From Melioribacteraceae bacterium (GTDB lineage: Bacteria > Bacteroidota > Ignavibacteria > Ignavibacteriales > Melioribacteraceae), in NCBI GenBank assembly GCA_034521465.1, contig JAXHMN010000012.1:24359-88358 (forward strand): a stretch of 64,000 nucleotides of DNA, given 5' to 3'. Shown in pieces: positions 10,977 to 20,183 of this stretch. The translations under genes were made by a program, and so were the position numbers. Positions within the stretch are counted from its first letter, which is position 1. Each line of letters starts with the position of its first letter. A model generated the notes under the pieces. The model was not told the origin of the DNA. It was given only the letters and a program-made list of their open reading frames with translations, and ran no database searches.

Positions 10977-12528
10977 AAAAGTTGAATATATTCTTCAAAA
11001 TAAAACTGAATTTAATAGTCCTGTCACAATATTAAAATATTTTGTAAGTGTTGTTGCAGAAGAAATAAGCAGCAATGATTTTGCATTTATCATTAACTCA
11101 GATATTATATCAAATTCGGATAAGTTAAAAGATGATCTGAAGAAACTGCAAGCGTCTTCAAATAAAGTAAATTCTCTCGCAGATTATAAAGAAATAAAAC
11201 TCGATTTATTTGATTCTGTATTTGTTGTTAATTCGGAAGTGTTTTCCCAAAATGGAAAAACCATCAGCTTGTTGATCACAATTCTGTATTTGTTGAACGA
11301 AAATATTATAACGGAAAATCGGAACAAAGAATCGAAAGAATTGCTCGATTCAAAAATTGAACAGCTCAGCCAGTTATATGATTTAAGCAAAGAGTTTAGC
11401 GGAATACTTGAACTCGATTATGTGAGCAAATTAATTATCTTTTCTATAGTTGGTCAATTTCTAGTAAGTAATTTTGCGATAATATATTTTGACGATGAGT
11501 TGAATGTACTTGAATCTCGAGCTGAGGCGAATGAAATAAAAAAGTTAATTCAAGAAATCGACTACAAAAATCTTTCCGATCCAACGTTTACAAAAGAGAG
11601 CTTTTCAAATCTTCATAAAGCCGGTTTCGAATTGATTTTGCCTATGCAAATCAAAAACGAAACGAAGGGTTTAATTTTACTTGGTGAAAAAAAGAACAAA
11701 GAACCTTATACAAAACATGATATCGAATATATTAACTCTGTTGGCAGCTTGGCAATAATATCAATTGAAAACGCTATACTGTTTAAAGAAACTTTGGAAA
11801 AACAAGCAATTGAAAGAGATTTAGAAACAGCGAGAATAATTCAAAAAAATCTCTTACCGCATCATATTGTTCAACCGGATGGATTTGAAATTGCCGCATA
11901 CAGCGAATCGGCAAAGCAGGTTGGCGGTGATTACTTCGATTTAATATCAACCTCTGAAAAGAATACAATATTTGCAATGGGTGATGTAAGCGGGAAAGGA
12001 ATAACCGCATCGCTTCTTGTTGCAAATTCACAAGCATATTTAAAATCAATCAGTAAACAAAATCTTCCAATTGCAGAAGCCACCGCCTTATTAAATGATC
12101 TCGTAGAAGAAAGTACTGTTTCGGGAACTTACATAACTTTTTTCTGGGGAATCTTAAACTCTAAAAAAGAATTGACTTATGTGAATGCCGGCCATAATCC
12201 ACCGCTGCTTGTTAGAAACGGTGAACTCAAAAAACTTGAAAAAGGCGGCTTGATTTTAGGAATGATGAAAACCATGATGCCTTATGAATCGGAAATAATT
12301 AAACTCGAAAGCGGAGATTTTATAATCGTGTTCACCGATGGCGTAACTGAAGCTATGAATTCTTCCGAAGAAGAATACAGCGATGAAAAACTTGAAGAAC
12401 TTTGTAGATCGTTAAACACACAAAGTGCCGAAGAAGCAAAAGAACTTATTTTAAACGATGTGAAAAAATTTACTGCCGGATTCGAGCAATCGGATGATCT
12501 TACTTTAATGGTGATTAAAGCAGTTTAA
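10969..12528 (+). CDS. GAF-domain PP2C-type (SpoIIE/RsbU-like) serine phosphatase
   Basis: ATG at 10969 overlaps the STAS stop. 'RIIQKNLLP...GGDYFD...GDVSGKGITASLLVA...NAGHNPPLL...TDGVTEA...SDDLTLMVIK' are PP2C/SpoIIE motifs. Confidence 0.85.
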   Translation: MNKKVEYILQNKTEFNSPVTILKYFVSVVAEEISSNDFAFIINSDIISNSDKLKDDLKKLQASSNKVNSLADYKEIKLDLFDSVFVVNSEVFSQNGKTISLLITILYLLNENIITENRNKESKELLDSKIEQLSQLYDLSKEFSGILELDYVSKLIIFSIVGQFLVSNFAIIYFDDELNVLESRAEANEIKKLIQEIDYKNLSDPTFTKESFSNLHKAGFELILPMQIKNETKGLILLGEKKNKEPYTKHDIEYINSVGSLAIISIENAILFKETLEKQAIERDLETARIIQKNLLPHHIVQPDGFEIAAYSESAKQVGGDYFDLISTSEKNTIFAMGDVSGKGITASLLVANSQAYLKSISKQNLPIAEATALLNDLVEESTVSGTYITFFWGILNSKKELTYVNAGHNPPLLVRNGELKKLEKGGLILGMMKTMMPYESEIIKLESGDFIIVFTDGVTEAMNSSEEEYSDEKLEELCRSLNTQSAEEAKELILNDVKKFTAGFEQSDDLTLMVIKAV

Positions 12529-12688
12529 TCGTTTTCCATTAATATCTGGTAAAGCACTAAACATCGGGTGCTTAATTAACGATAGTAGATAGTAAATAAT
12601 AGCAATTCAGCATTAAAAAAGATTGATGGGCGAAAGGGGTGTATTTAGTAAATGGATTGGGGAATCCGTAAAATTATAGGTGAGAATT

Positions 12689-13999
12689 ATGCACATAAGA
12701 AATTTCATGATTATTTCTCTTGTTTTTATTTTGACAGCAGCAACAACAAGTATCGCTCAACAATCCGCTCGCATTTCGGTTAATTGCAATCTTAAACCTT
12801 CTTCGGAAACGCATACATATTTTATCCCTCCGCCGAACCAGTATTTAAATGGTGAAAAAACTTCTGAGTTTGATTTAACATTTGTCAATGCAACTCCGAA
12901 ACAAGAAGCAGCAGTTCGTTATGCCGCTGATATTTGGAGTTCAATTGTTGTATCCGAAGTTCCGATAAAAGTTTTAGTTACATTTTATCCAATGCAAAGT
13001 TTATTGGGCCAATGTATTTCTAACATGACAAAAAATTTTCCCGGGTCACCACAACAAGATACTTGGTTTGTATCATCTCTTGCCGATGCAATGACCGGAG
13101 TAGATCAACAACCGGGTGAATATGATATGGACATTTTTATAACCACTTCAGTCAATTGGTATGAAGAAATTGACGGTAATTGTCCGTCAAACAAATATGA
13201 CTTAGCGAGCACAGTACTTCATGAAATGGGACATGGACTTGGCTATTTTGGGCTTGGATTTGTTCAAAACGGAGTCGGTTCTTATGGACATGTTCCGGAG
13301 TCTGTACTAATTCGTCCAATCGTTTTTGATTTTCCTGATCTAGAAGGACTCACAACAAATTATGATAGACATGTTGTAAACAGTGCTTACGAAAACTCTA
13401 CAGATACATCACTTTTCCCAAATCCGTCTGAAGAGCTTGGCGATCTTTTTGTTAGCCAAGATTTATATTTTGACGGCGAATCAGCAGTAGCCGCAAATGA
13501 TAATGAACTTGTTAAATTGTTCGCACCAAGGACATTCTATTTTGGCAGCAGTTTATTGCATCTTGATGAATCCACATTTCCGCCCGGTAATATAAATACA
13601 TTGATGACTCCCTATTCTGGTTTTGGTGAAGCAGATCATCATCCCGGTCCAATAACAATTGGCATTTTTCAAGATCTTGGCTGGGAAATAAATGATTCGG
13701 TAACAGTAGATGTGAAAGACGAAGAGACTCTTGTAAATGAATTTGAACTATTCCAAAATTATCCAAATCCATTTAACCCAACTACAAGTATAGAATATCA
13801 AGTAGCAAGACACGAGATGGTAACACTTAGGGTTTATAACTCGTTAGGACAACTGGTTGAAACATTAGTCAATGACAATAAAGCACCAGGCGTATATAAT
13901 GTGAATTTTGATGGGAGTAATCTTTCAAGCGGAGTTTATTTTTATAAGCTGAGTGCCGGTTCTTTTATTCAGCATCGTAAAATGTTAATGATCAAATAA
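12689..13999 (+). CDS. Secreted zinc metalloprotease-like protein with a T9SS C-terminal sorting domain
   Basis: Signal peptide, HExxH in 'STVLHEMGHGLGYFG', and C-terminal 'FELFQNYPNPFNPTTSIEY...GVYFYKL' (Por secretion tail). The ATG at 12689 is preferred over the GTG at 12680. Confidence 0.7.
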   Translation: MHIRNFMIISLVFILTAATTSIAQQSARISVNCNLKPSSETHTYFIPPPNQYLNGEKTSEFDLTFVNATPKQEAAVRYAADIWSSIVVSEVPIKVLVTFYPMQSLLGQCISNMTKNFPGSPQQDTWFVSSLADAMTGVDQQPGEYDMDIFITTSVNWYEEIDGNCPSNKYDLASTVLHEMGHGLGYFGLGFVQNGVGSYGHVPESVLIRPIVFDFPDLEGLTTNYDRHVVNSAYENSTDTSLFPNPSEELGDLFVSQDLYFDGESAVAANDNELVKLFAPRTFYFGSSLLHLDESTFPPGNINTLMTPYSGFGEADHHPGPITIGIFQDLGWEINDSVTVDVKDEETLVNEFELFQNYPNPFNPTTSIEYQVARHEMVTLRVYNSLGQLVETLVNDNKAPGVYNVNFDGSNLSSGVYFYKLSAGSFIQHRKMLMIK

Positions 14000-14027
14000 G
14001 TAATGAAAAATATATAACGGAGAATAC

Positions 14028-14867
14028 ATGAAAAATTTATTTAAGAAGATTGTGATAATGATATTTACTGTAAGTCTATTGGCAGTGCTTAATAGTTGTG
14101 GTGAACGTCAGAAAATTTCCAAGCTCTCTGAATTAAGCGGTAAAGAATTTGCAGTTCCCACCGGCACAGTAGCGGATGACTTAGTCCGCTCAAAATTTCC
14201 TAATGCACAATTCAAATATTTCAATAGCGTTTTAGATGCTTGCATGGCAGTGCAAGGCAGCAAAGCTGACGCTGCAGCTTACGATGAACCGATTCTAAAA
14301 AATATTGCAGCTAAAAATCCCGGCTTAAGAGTACTGCCTGAAATGATTACAACCGATAATTACGGATTTGCTGTCCGACTTGAAGATAAAGAATTGAAAA
14401 ATGTTATCGATAATGTAGTTAGAGAGTTGAAATCATCCGGCAAATACGATGAAATGATGAACCGCTGGCTGCCCGAACAAGGTGAACCTGCGCCAATGCC
14501 GGAAATTGAAACGGGTGAAGACGGAGTTTTAAAATTCGGAACAGCGGCAATCACTGAACCGTTCAGCTTTGTTGACGGATCTCGCGATGTTGTCGGATTG
14601 GATATTGAGATTGCATTACTTGTCGCAAAACAACTCAATAAAAAATTAGAAATTGTTAATATGGATTTCGGTGCGATGATACCGGCGCTAGCTGCGGAAA
14701 AGGTTGATATGATAGGGGCGTGTATAACAATTACAAAAGAACGAGCAGAAAAAGTGCTCTTCTCGGAGCCATATTATGTTGGCGGTATAGCAGCACGTTG
14801 TCAAAGGAATAAACTGTTAAAAAATAGAACACAGATGACGCTGAAAAAGCAGATTTTCACTGATTAA
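14028..14867 (+). CDS. Lipoprotein, family-3 (polar amino acid) ABC substrate-binding protein with permuted lobe order
   Basis: Lipobox 'LNSC'. 'GKEFAVPTGTV...' (lobe 2) precedes 'LKFGTAAITEPFSFVD...GLDIEIA...ITITKERAEKVLFSEPYY' (lobe 1). The last ~15 codons run into a repeat element (14830-14915), so the true C-terminus is probably frameshifted near 14795-14820. Confidence 0.7.
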   Translation: MKNLFKKIVIMIFTVSLLAVLNSCGERQKISKLSELSGKEFAVPTGTVADDLVRSKFPNAQFKYFNSVLDACMAVQGSKADAAAYDEPILKNIAAKNPGLRVLPEMITTDNYGFAVRLEDKELKNVIDNVVRELKSSGKYDEMMNRWLPEQGEPAPMPEIETGEDGVLKFGTAAITEPFSFVDGSRDVVGLDIEIALLVAKQLNKKLEIVNMDFGAMIPALAAEKVDMIGACITITKERAEKVLFSEPYYVGGIAARCQRNKLLKNRTQMTLKKQIFTD

Positions 14868-14949
14868 ACTGCGCTAATCAGTTTCTTCTGTGTCATCTGC
14901 GTTCCATTAAAATCTAAACAAACTACAATAAGGTACGAGCAGAAACAGA

Positions 14950-17237
14950 ATGAAAAAAACTACTACTTTCTTTCTCATTCCATTTTTTTCTTTATCAGCT
15001 GCAGTGAAGAAGAAAAATCATACACCAAACTTGAAGATTTGCACGATGCAAAAATTGGTGCAATGACCGGTTCAACCGGAGAAGCCTTATCGTTATCAAG
15101 ATTTCCCGGATGCTGAGACAAAAAGCTTTCGATGATATTATGGATGGAATGGCTGCTCTAATATCAGGTCAAATTGACGCAGTAATTACAGCATATCCAA
15201 CCGCATTAAATGTCGTTAAACATAATGAAAATCTAACTTTAATTCCCGAACCGGTTGATTATGAAAACACATCTGTTGCTGTTAAAAAAGGTAATGATGA
15301 TTTGCTTCAAGCAGTAAATGAAATAATTGAGAAGTATAAAGCTGACGGCACATTTGAAGATATGAAACGGAGATGGTTGAAGAAGGATTTGTCACCATAC
15401 GAAACCGTTGAAATAAATTTGCCGACAGAGGGAAAAATATTAAAAGTAGGAACAAGTGCAACACGAGAACCGTTCTGCTTTGTTGATGAAAATCAAAAAG
15501 TAACCGGACATGACGGTGAGTTTGCTTTAAGAATTGCGGCCGAATTAAACAGACCAATTGAATTCTACGACATGAAATTTTCCGCTTTGATTAATGCTCT
15601 TCAAGCCGGTAAAGTTGATTTGATTGTAGCCGGGATGACAGCAACCGCAGAACGAGCTAAATCCGTAAACTTTACAACTTCATATTTCCAAAACTCTCAA
15701 GTGATGATAGTAAAAAAACCTTCCGGTGATGATAATATTGTAGATGCAGAAGAGCTGTCAGGTAAAATGAAAGTGTTAGATGATATTACGGATAGAACAG
15801 TTGGCGTTTACGCAGGTACAATTCATGACAACTTTGTTGCTGATAATTATCCAACCGCAAAAATAAGCAGATATAACTCACCGGCCGATATAATACTTGC
15901 ATTGAAGATGGGCAAGGTAGATGCGGCATTCCTTGATCTTGTTGGTGCAAAAGTAATGCTTAAGTCCAATCCCGAAATAGGAATATTAACCGAAGATGCT
16001 TTGAGTCTTCCGTTGGCAGTTGGATTTAGAAAGACAATTCGAAAGTTAAGAGAAGAGTTCAATCAATATTTAGAAAGAAATAAAATCCGATGGCACTTAC
16101 GATAAAATGTTCAACAGATGGTTTGTTGACGATCCCGAAGAAGCAGAAATGCCAAAGTTTATTTTCAACAAAAACTCACAGCTCAATTAAACTGGCTGTT
16201 GCAGTTGGTGATCTGCCAAACTCAACAATTGTAAACGGTGAACACGTTGGATTTGATATTGAGCTGATAAAAACATTTGCGCAGCGCAAAGATTACAATC
16301 TAAAAATTAACACGATGGAGTTCGGTGCCTTAATTGCAGCACTTGTCTTCCGGTAAAGCTGATATCATAGCTGACGGAATTGCAATTACCGAAGAACGAA
16401 AAAAACGTGTCGCCTTTTCTGATAGCTATAATATTTTCAAAACGGCAGTGCTTGGCTCTTGATAAAAATCCTTACGCACACTCAAATAAACAAACAGAAA
16501 GAGTATTGCAACAAGAAGACGCTAAATCATTATTGGAAGGATACATTTTTGGAAGACATTGCCGAAAGTTTTCATAGCAACATAATTCAAGAAAATCAGT
16601 TATATATTAATACTAGATGGATTAAGAACAACGGCGGTAATATCAATTCTTAGCAACTCTCTTCGGAACAATTCTCGGCGGCTTAATTTGTTTTATGAGA
16701 ATGTCCAAAAGAAAACTATCTATTAGTTCCGGCTAAAGTTTATATATCTATATTTAAGAGGTACGCCCGTACTTGTAGTGTTGATGATAATATTCTATGT
16801 GGTCTTCGCTTCGGTTGATATTGATCCAGTGTTTGTTGCTGTCATTGCATTTGGGTTAAACTTTGCGGCTTACGTTTCCGAAATGTTTAGAACCGGGATT
16901 GAAGGAGTTGACAAAGGGCAGACCGAAGCCGGAATCGCTATTGGGTTTACCAAAGTTAAAACATTCATTTACATTGTGCTTCCTCAAGCGGTCACGAAGA
17001 ATCCTTCCGGTTTATAAGGGTGAAATGATTTCTCTTGTTAAAATGACATCGATTGTTGGTTACATAGCTGTGCAGGATTTAACCAAGGCAAGCGACATTA
17101 TCCGGAGCCGTACCTTTGATGCCTTCTTCCCATTAATAATGGTTGCAGTTCTTTACTTCTCAATCTCTTGGTTACTTAATGTACTACACTCGGGTTACAT
17201 AGAACGAAAAACCAATCCAAAATTAAGCCGGGGTTAA
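14950..17237 (+). pseudogene. Tandem substrate-binding domains fused to an ABC permease (GlnP-like), broken by at least 7 frameshifts
   Basis: Fragments in all three + frames join into one protein. In order: lipobox 'FISCSEEEKSYTKLEDLHDAKIGAMTGSTGE', ORF 15110-16105, 'SDGTYDKMFNRWFVDDPEE', ORF 16090-16356 ('GFDIELIKTFAQ'), 'GKADIIADGIAITEERKKRVAFSDSY', then permease pieces ('ILDGLRTTAVISIL', 16778-17017 'AAYVSEMFRTGIEGVDKGQTEAG', 16863-17237 'ILPVYKGEMISLVKMTSIVGYIAV'). Confidence 0.7.
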
Positions 17238-17241
17238 TGTT

Positions 17242-18333
17242 ATGATAAGAGTAGAACATTTAGAGAAAAAATTTGGAGATCTTACAGTTCTAAAAGATAT
17301 AAATGTAGAAATCCACAAAGGGGAAGTGATCACTATTATTGGACCTTCGGGAACAGGTAAAAGTACTTTTCTTAGATGCCTTAATTTACTTGATGCCCCA
17401 ACCGGCGGAAATATTTTTATTGATGAAGTTGATATTTTCGATAGAGAAACTGATGTACCAAAGATGCGACAAAAAATGGGAATGGTCTTTCAATCTTTCA
17501 ACTTATTTTATCACTTAACCGTTCTTGAAAACTTAACAATCGGACCGATTAAACTTCTAGGTAAAACTAAAGAAGAAGCAGAAGTTAAGGGGATGGAACT
17601 TCTTAAAATGGTCGGACTTGCAGAGAAAGCCGAAAGTTTTGCCGATGAGCTTTCCGGTGGTCAAAAGCAAAGAGTTGCTATCGCACGATGCCTATCGATG
17701 GATCCCGAAATAATTTTGTTCGATGAACCGACTTCCGCACTTGATCCAACAATGGTTAGCGAAGTGCTTGCGGTTATTAGAAGATTGGCAAGAGAAGGAA
17801 TGACACTTGCAATAGTAACACACGAAATGGATTTTGCTCGTGATGTTTCCAACCGTGTTTTTTATATGGATGATGGGTTGATTTACGAAGACGGTCCGCC
17901 TGAACAAATTTTTGAAAATCCGCAAAGAGAAAAAACTAAAGAGTTCATTAACAGAGTTCGTAGTTTCAACTATCATATCGATACTCCGCATTTTGATCTT
18001 TATAAAATGAATGCGGAAATAGAAATGTTCTGCGAAAAACATGCATTTTCAAATAAAATGGTAAACGATATTTTATTGATTGTTGAAGAGTTGATCGTTC
18101 TTTACAAATCACAATCGAAAGAGATAAATATAGATTTAAGAGTTGCGTATTCAGAAAAACATAATAGTGTGGAAATATTTTTTGTTACTTCCGGTGATGA
18201 AAACAACATACTAGAAAATGCCGGAGAGGAGGATATCGGTGCGATGATAATCAAAAACAAAACTGATAAAAATGAATACGAAAGAATAGACAACAAAAAC
18301 AAATTGAGCTTAGTGTTGAAGAAGAATGAATAA
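17242..18333 (+). CDS. Polar amino-acid ABC transporter ATP-binding protein with a ~115-aa C-terminal extension
   Basis: Walker A 'GPSGTGKST', signature '[13 protein letters not shown]', Walker B '[11 protein letters not shown]'. Residues after about 245 have no motif I recognise. Confidence 0.9.
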   Translation: MIRVEHLEKKFGDLTVLKDINVEIHKGEVITIIGPSGTGKSTFLRCLNLLDAPTGGNIFIDEVDIFDRETDVPKMRQKMGMVFQSFNLFYHLTVLENLTIGPIKLLGKTKEEAEVKGMELLKMVGLAEKAESFADELSGGQKQRVAIARCLSMDPEIILFDEPTSALDPTMVSEVLAVIRRLAREGMTLAIVTHEMDFARDVSNRVFYMDDGLIYEDGPPEQIFENPQREKTKEFINRVRSFNYHIDTPHFDLYKMNAEIEMFCEKHAFSNKMVNDILLIVEELIVLYKSQSKEINIDLRVAYSEKHNSVEIFFVTSGDENNILENAGEEDIGAMIIKNKTDKNEYERIDNKNKLSLVLKKNE

Positions 18334-18364
18334 CTGTAAACTAATAAACTGAAGACCAAAAGAA

Positions 18365-19135
18365 ATGTCACAAAAACTACTAATCATATTCTTGACTTTT
18401 ATTTTATTCTCATGTTCACACAAGAACGAAGAAAAAATCACCGAACTATCTCAATTAAAAGATAAAAGGATTGCAATATTAACCGGCTCCGCAGGAGATA
18501 TTGCGGCAAGAAAAGCTTTCCCCGATGCAAAGTTTTTAGATAACGTTGCTTCTGCAGATGCAGCATATAGTGTGAAAATCGGGAAAGCAGACGCGCTAAT
18601 TTTTAATAAAAGTATTCTTGTCAACATCGCAGAGCGAAATCCGGATTTAGTCGTATTAGAAAAGCCGCTTGCAAAAGTTGAAGTTGCAGCTGCCTTTAAT
18701 AAAGAAACAACAGAACTCCTGGAAGATATTAATGCGGCAATCAAACAATTGGAAGAAGACGGAACGCTTAAAGCGATGAGACAAAAATGGATCGAAAGTA
18801 ATTATAATACAGTTCCCGGAATGCCTCAATTTTCTAATGATTCATACAGCGAAGTTCTCAAAATGGGTACGTCAGCATTATTCGAACCATATACATTTTT
18901 ATACAATAATGAAATAACCGGCTTCGATATTGAGCTTGGTTATAGAATTGGTGAAATCTTAGAAAAGCAAATTGAAATTATGGATATGACTTTTGAAAGT
19001 TTAATACCCGCTCTACGATCCGGTAAAATTGATTTTGCTCTTTCGGATTTTAACATAACCGAAGAGAGAAAACAATTTATAAGTTTCTCAATTCCTTACG
19101 TTGTGAATGACATTTCTGTATTAGTGAGAAAATAG
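18365..19135 (+). CDS. Lipoprotein, family-3 ABC substrate-binding protein with permuted lobe order
   Basis: Lipobox 'LFSC'. 'LKDKRIAILTGSAGD' (lobe 2) precedes 'LKMGTSALFEPYTFL...GFDIELGYRIG...DFNITEERKQFISFSIPY' (lobe 1), and the protein ends there. Confidence 0.8.
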   Translation: MSQKLLIIFLTFILFSCSHKNEEKITELSQLKDKRIAILTGSAGDIAARKAFPDAKFLDNVASADAAYSVKIGKADALIFNKSILVNIAERNPDLVVLEKPLAKVEVAAAFNKETTELLEDINAAIKQLEEDGTLKAMRQKWIESNYNTVPGMPQFSNDSYSEVLKMGTSALFEPYTFLYNNEITGFDIELGYRIGEILEKQIEIMDMTFESLIPALRSGKIDFALSDFNITEERKQFISFSIPYVVNDISVLVRK

Positions 19136-19193
19136 AATTATAATTACTAAGCCGCGAATTCGCGAATGAAATTGTGCATTCAGGACAAGTTAC

Positions 19194-20180
19194 TTACTTC
19201 AACAAATTCAATTTCCAAATGTCTTTCCCGCTTAATTTTATAATCGGCGCTAAAGTTCGCACGCCGGTTTTCCCTATACTTTTTGAAAGAAACTTTAATT
19301 CGCTTAACATACTTTCCAGTTCAGTTTCTTTTTTTGGATCAAAACCGGTTTCTTTCATTAGCAGCATAGCTTTTGCTTTAATTGATAACTCGAGATGAAG
19401 CTGAATGTATGCAAGCATATCGAGTATCACTTCTGCTGTGAATTTACTTTTAATTGATAAAATATATTTACCTGCTCGTGTAGATTTGAAGTCGCCTTTT
19501 TTGATCATCCGTAAAAGTTCAAATTCTGATTGAGATTGATCTTCCATCCAATTGCGCAATGACTTTTCGCTGCTTGTAAATATTTGAATTACTATCAACG
19601 GGAGTAAACTGATTTGTAAGACCGTCTGAAGAAGCGGTGATAAAAGGAAACTATTAAATACCGCGTGAATAAAAAATCCCGATGCTAAACCGATTAGCAA
19701 GTAATAATATTTAACTTTCTCTTTTCTGCTGATCAAATTTTGTGCAACAACCGCAGCAATCGCAGTTGCGGTTCCGTGCATTATAGCTGTTCCTAATCCA
19801 CGGATAACCCAGAGCATCAGATTTTGTGAATCTATTTGATTTAGATAAAAGATGTTTTCGATGATGCTGAAACCAGCGCCCGAGGCGAAACCGATAATCA
19901 AAGCATCGGCTAAGAAGCCGAGCTTGTTTCGATAAAAAAGAAAAGCTACGACAATAAACTTTAAAGTTTCTTCAATGAAAGGAGCAGTGAGACCGGAGAC
20001 AATTTTTTCATCTAAAATTGAAAAGAAAAAATTATTAATTGGATAAGCTAATAGTGCGCTGACGAATCCCCACAACATCACCACAGCAATGAGAGTTGGT
20101 TTCAAAAGTTTAAATGTATCCAGCGAGTTTAGAACAAGTAAAAATAAAACAACCGGAAGTAAGCTTACTATTATCGGCAT
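19194..20180 (-). CDS. prsW: PrsW-family intramembrane metalloprotease with a ~110-aa C-terminal cytoplasmic extension
   Basis: 'APFIEETLKFIVV' (EExxK), 'GFASGAGFSIIENIFY' and 'RGLGTAIMHGTATAIA' match the PrsW motif set. Confidence 0.75.
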   Translation of the reverse strand: MPIIVSLLPVVLFLLVLNSLDTFKLLKPTLIAVVMLWGFVSALLAYPINNFFFSILDEKIVSGLTAPFIEETLKFIVVAFLFYRNKLGFLADALIIGFASGAGFSIIENIFYLNQIDSQNLMLWVIRGLGTAIMHGTATAIAAVVAQNLISRKEKVKYYYLLIGLASGFFIHAVFNSFLLSPLLQTVLQISLLPLIVIQIFTSSEKSLRNWMEDQSQSEFELLRMIKKGDFKSTRAGKYILSIKSKFTAEVILDMLAYIQLHLELSIKAKAMLLMKETGFDPKKETELESMLSELKFLSKSIGKTGVRTLAPIIKLSGKDIWKLNLLK

Positions 20181-20183
20181 AAG

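Noticed and set aside
16090-17017. ORFs 16090-16356, 16380-16577, 16459-16653 and 16778-17017 as independent small genes.
   Set aside because: Their translations are consecutive pieces of one SBD-permease polypeptide (GFDIELIKTFAQ..., ...AITEERKKRVAFSDSY in a neighbouring frame, ILDGLRTT..., AAYVSEMFRTGIEGV...). They are therefore annotated as one frameshifted gene.
19152-19168. Perfect self-complementary dodecamer CGCGAATTCGCG between the convergent SBP and prsW genes, as a regulatory palindrome.
   Set aside because: It is a single occurrence, very short, and located between two stop codons. It is most simply a small terminator-type hairpin or chance.
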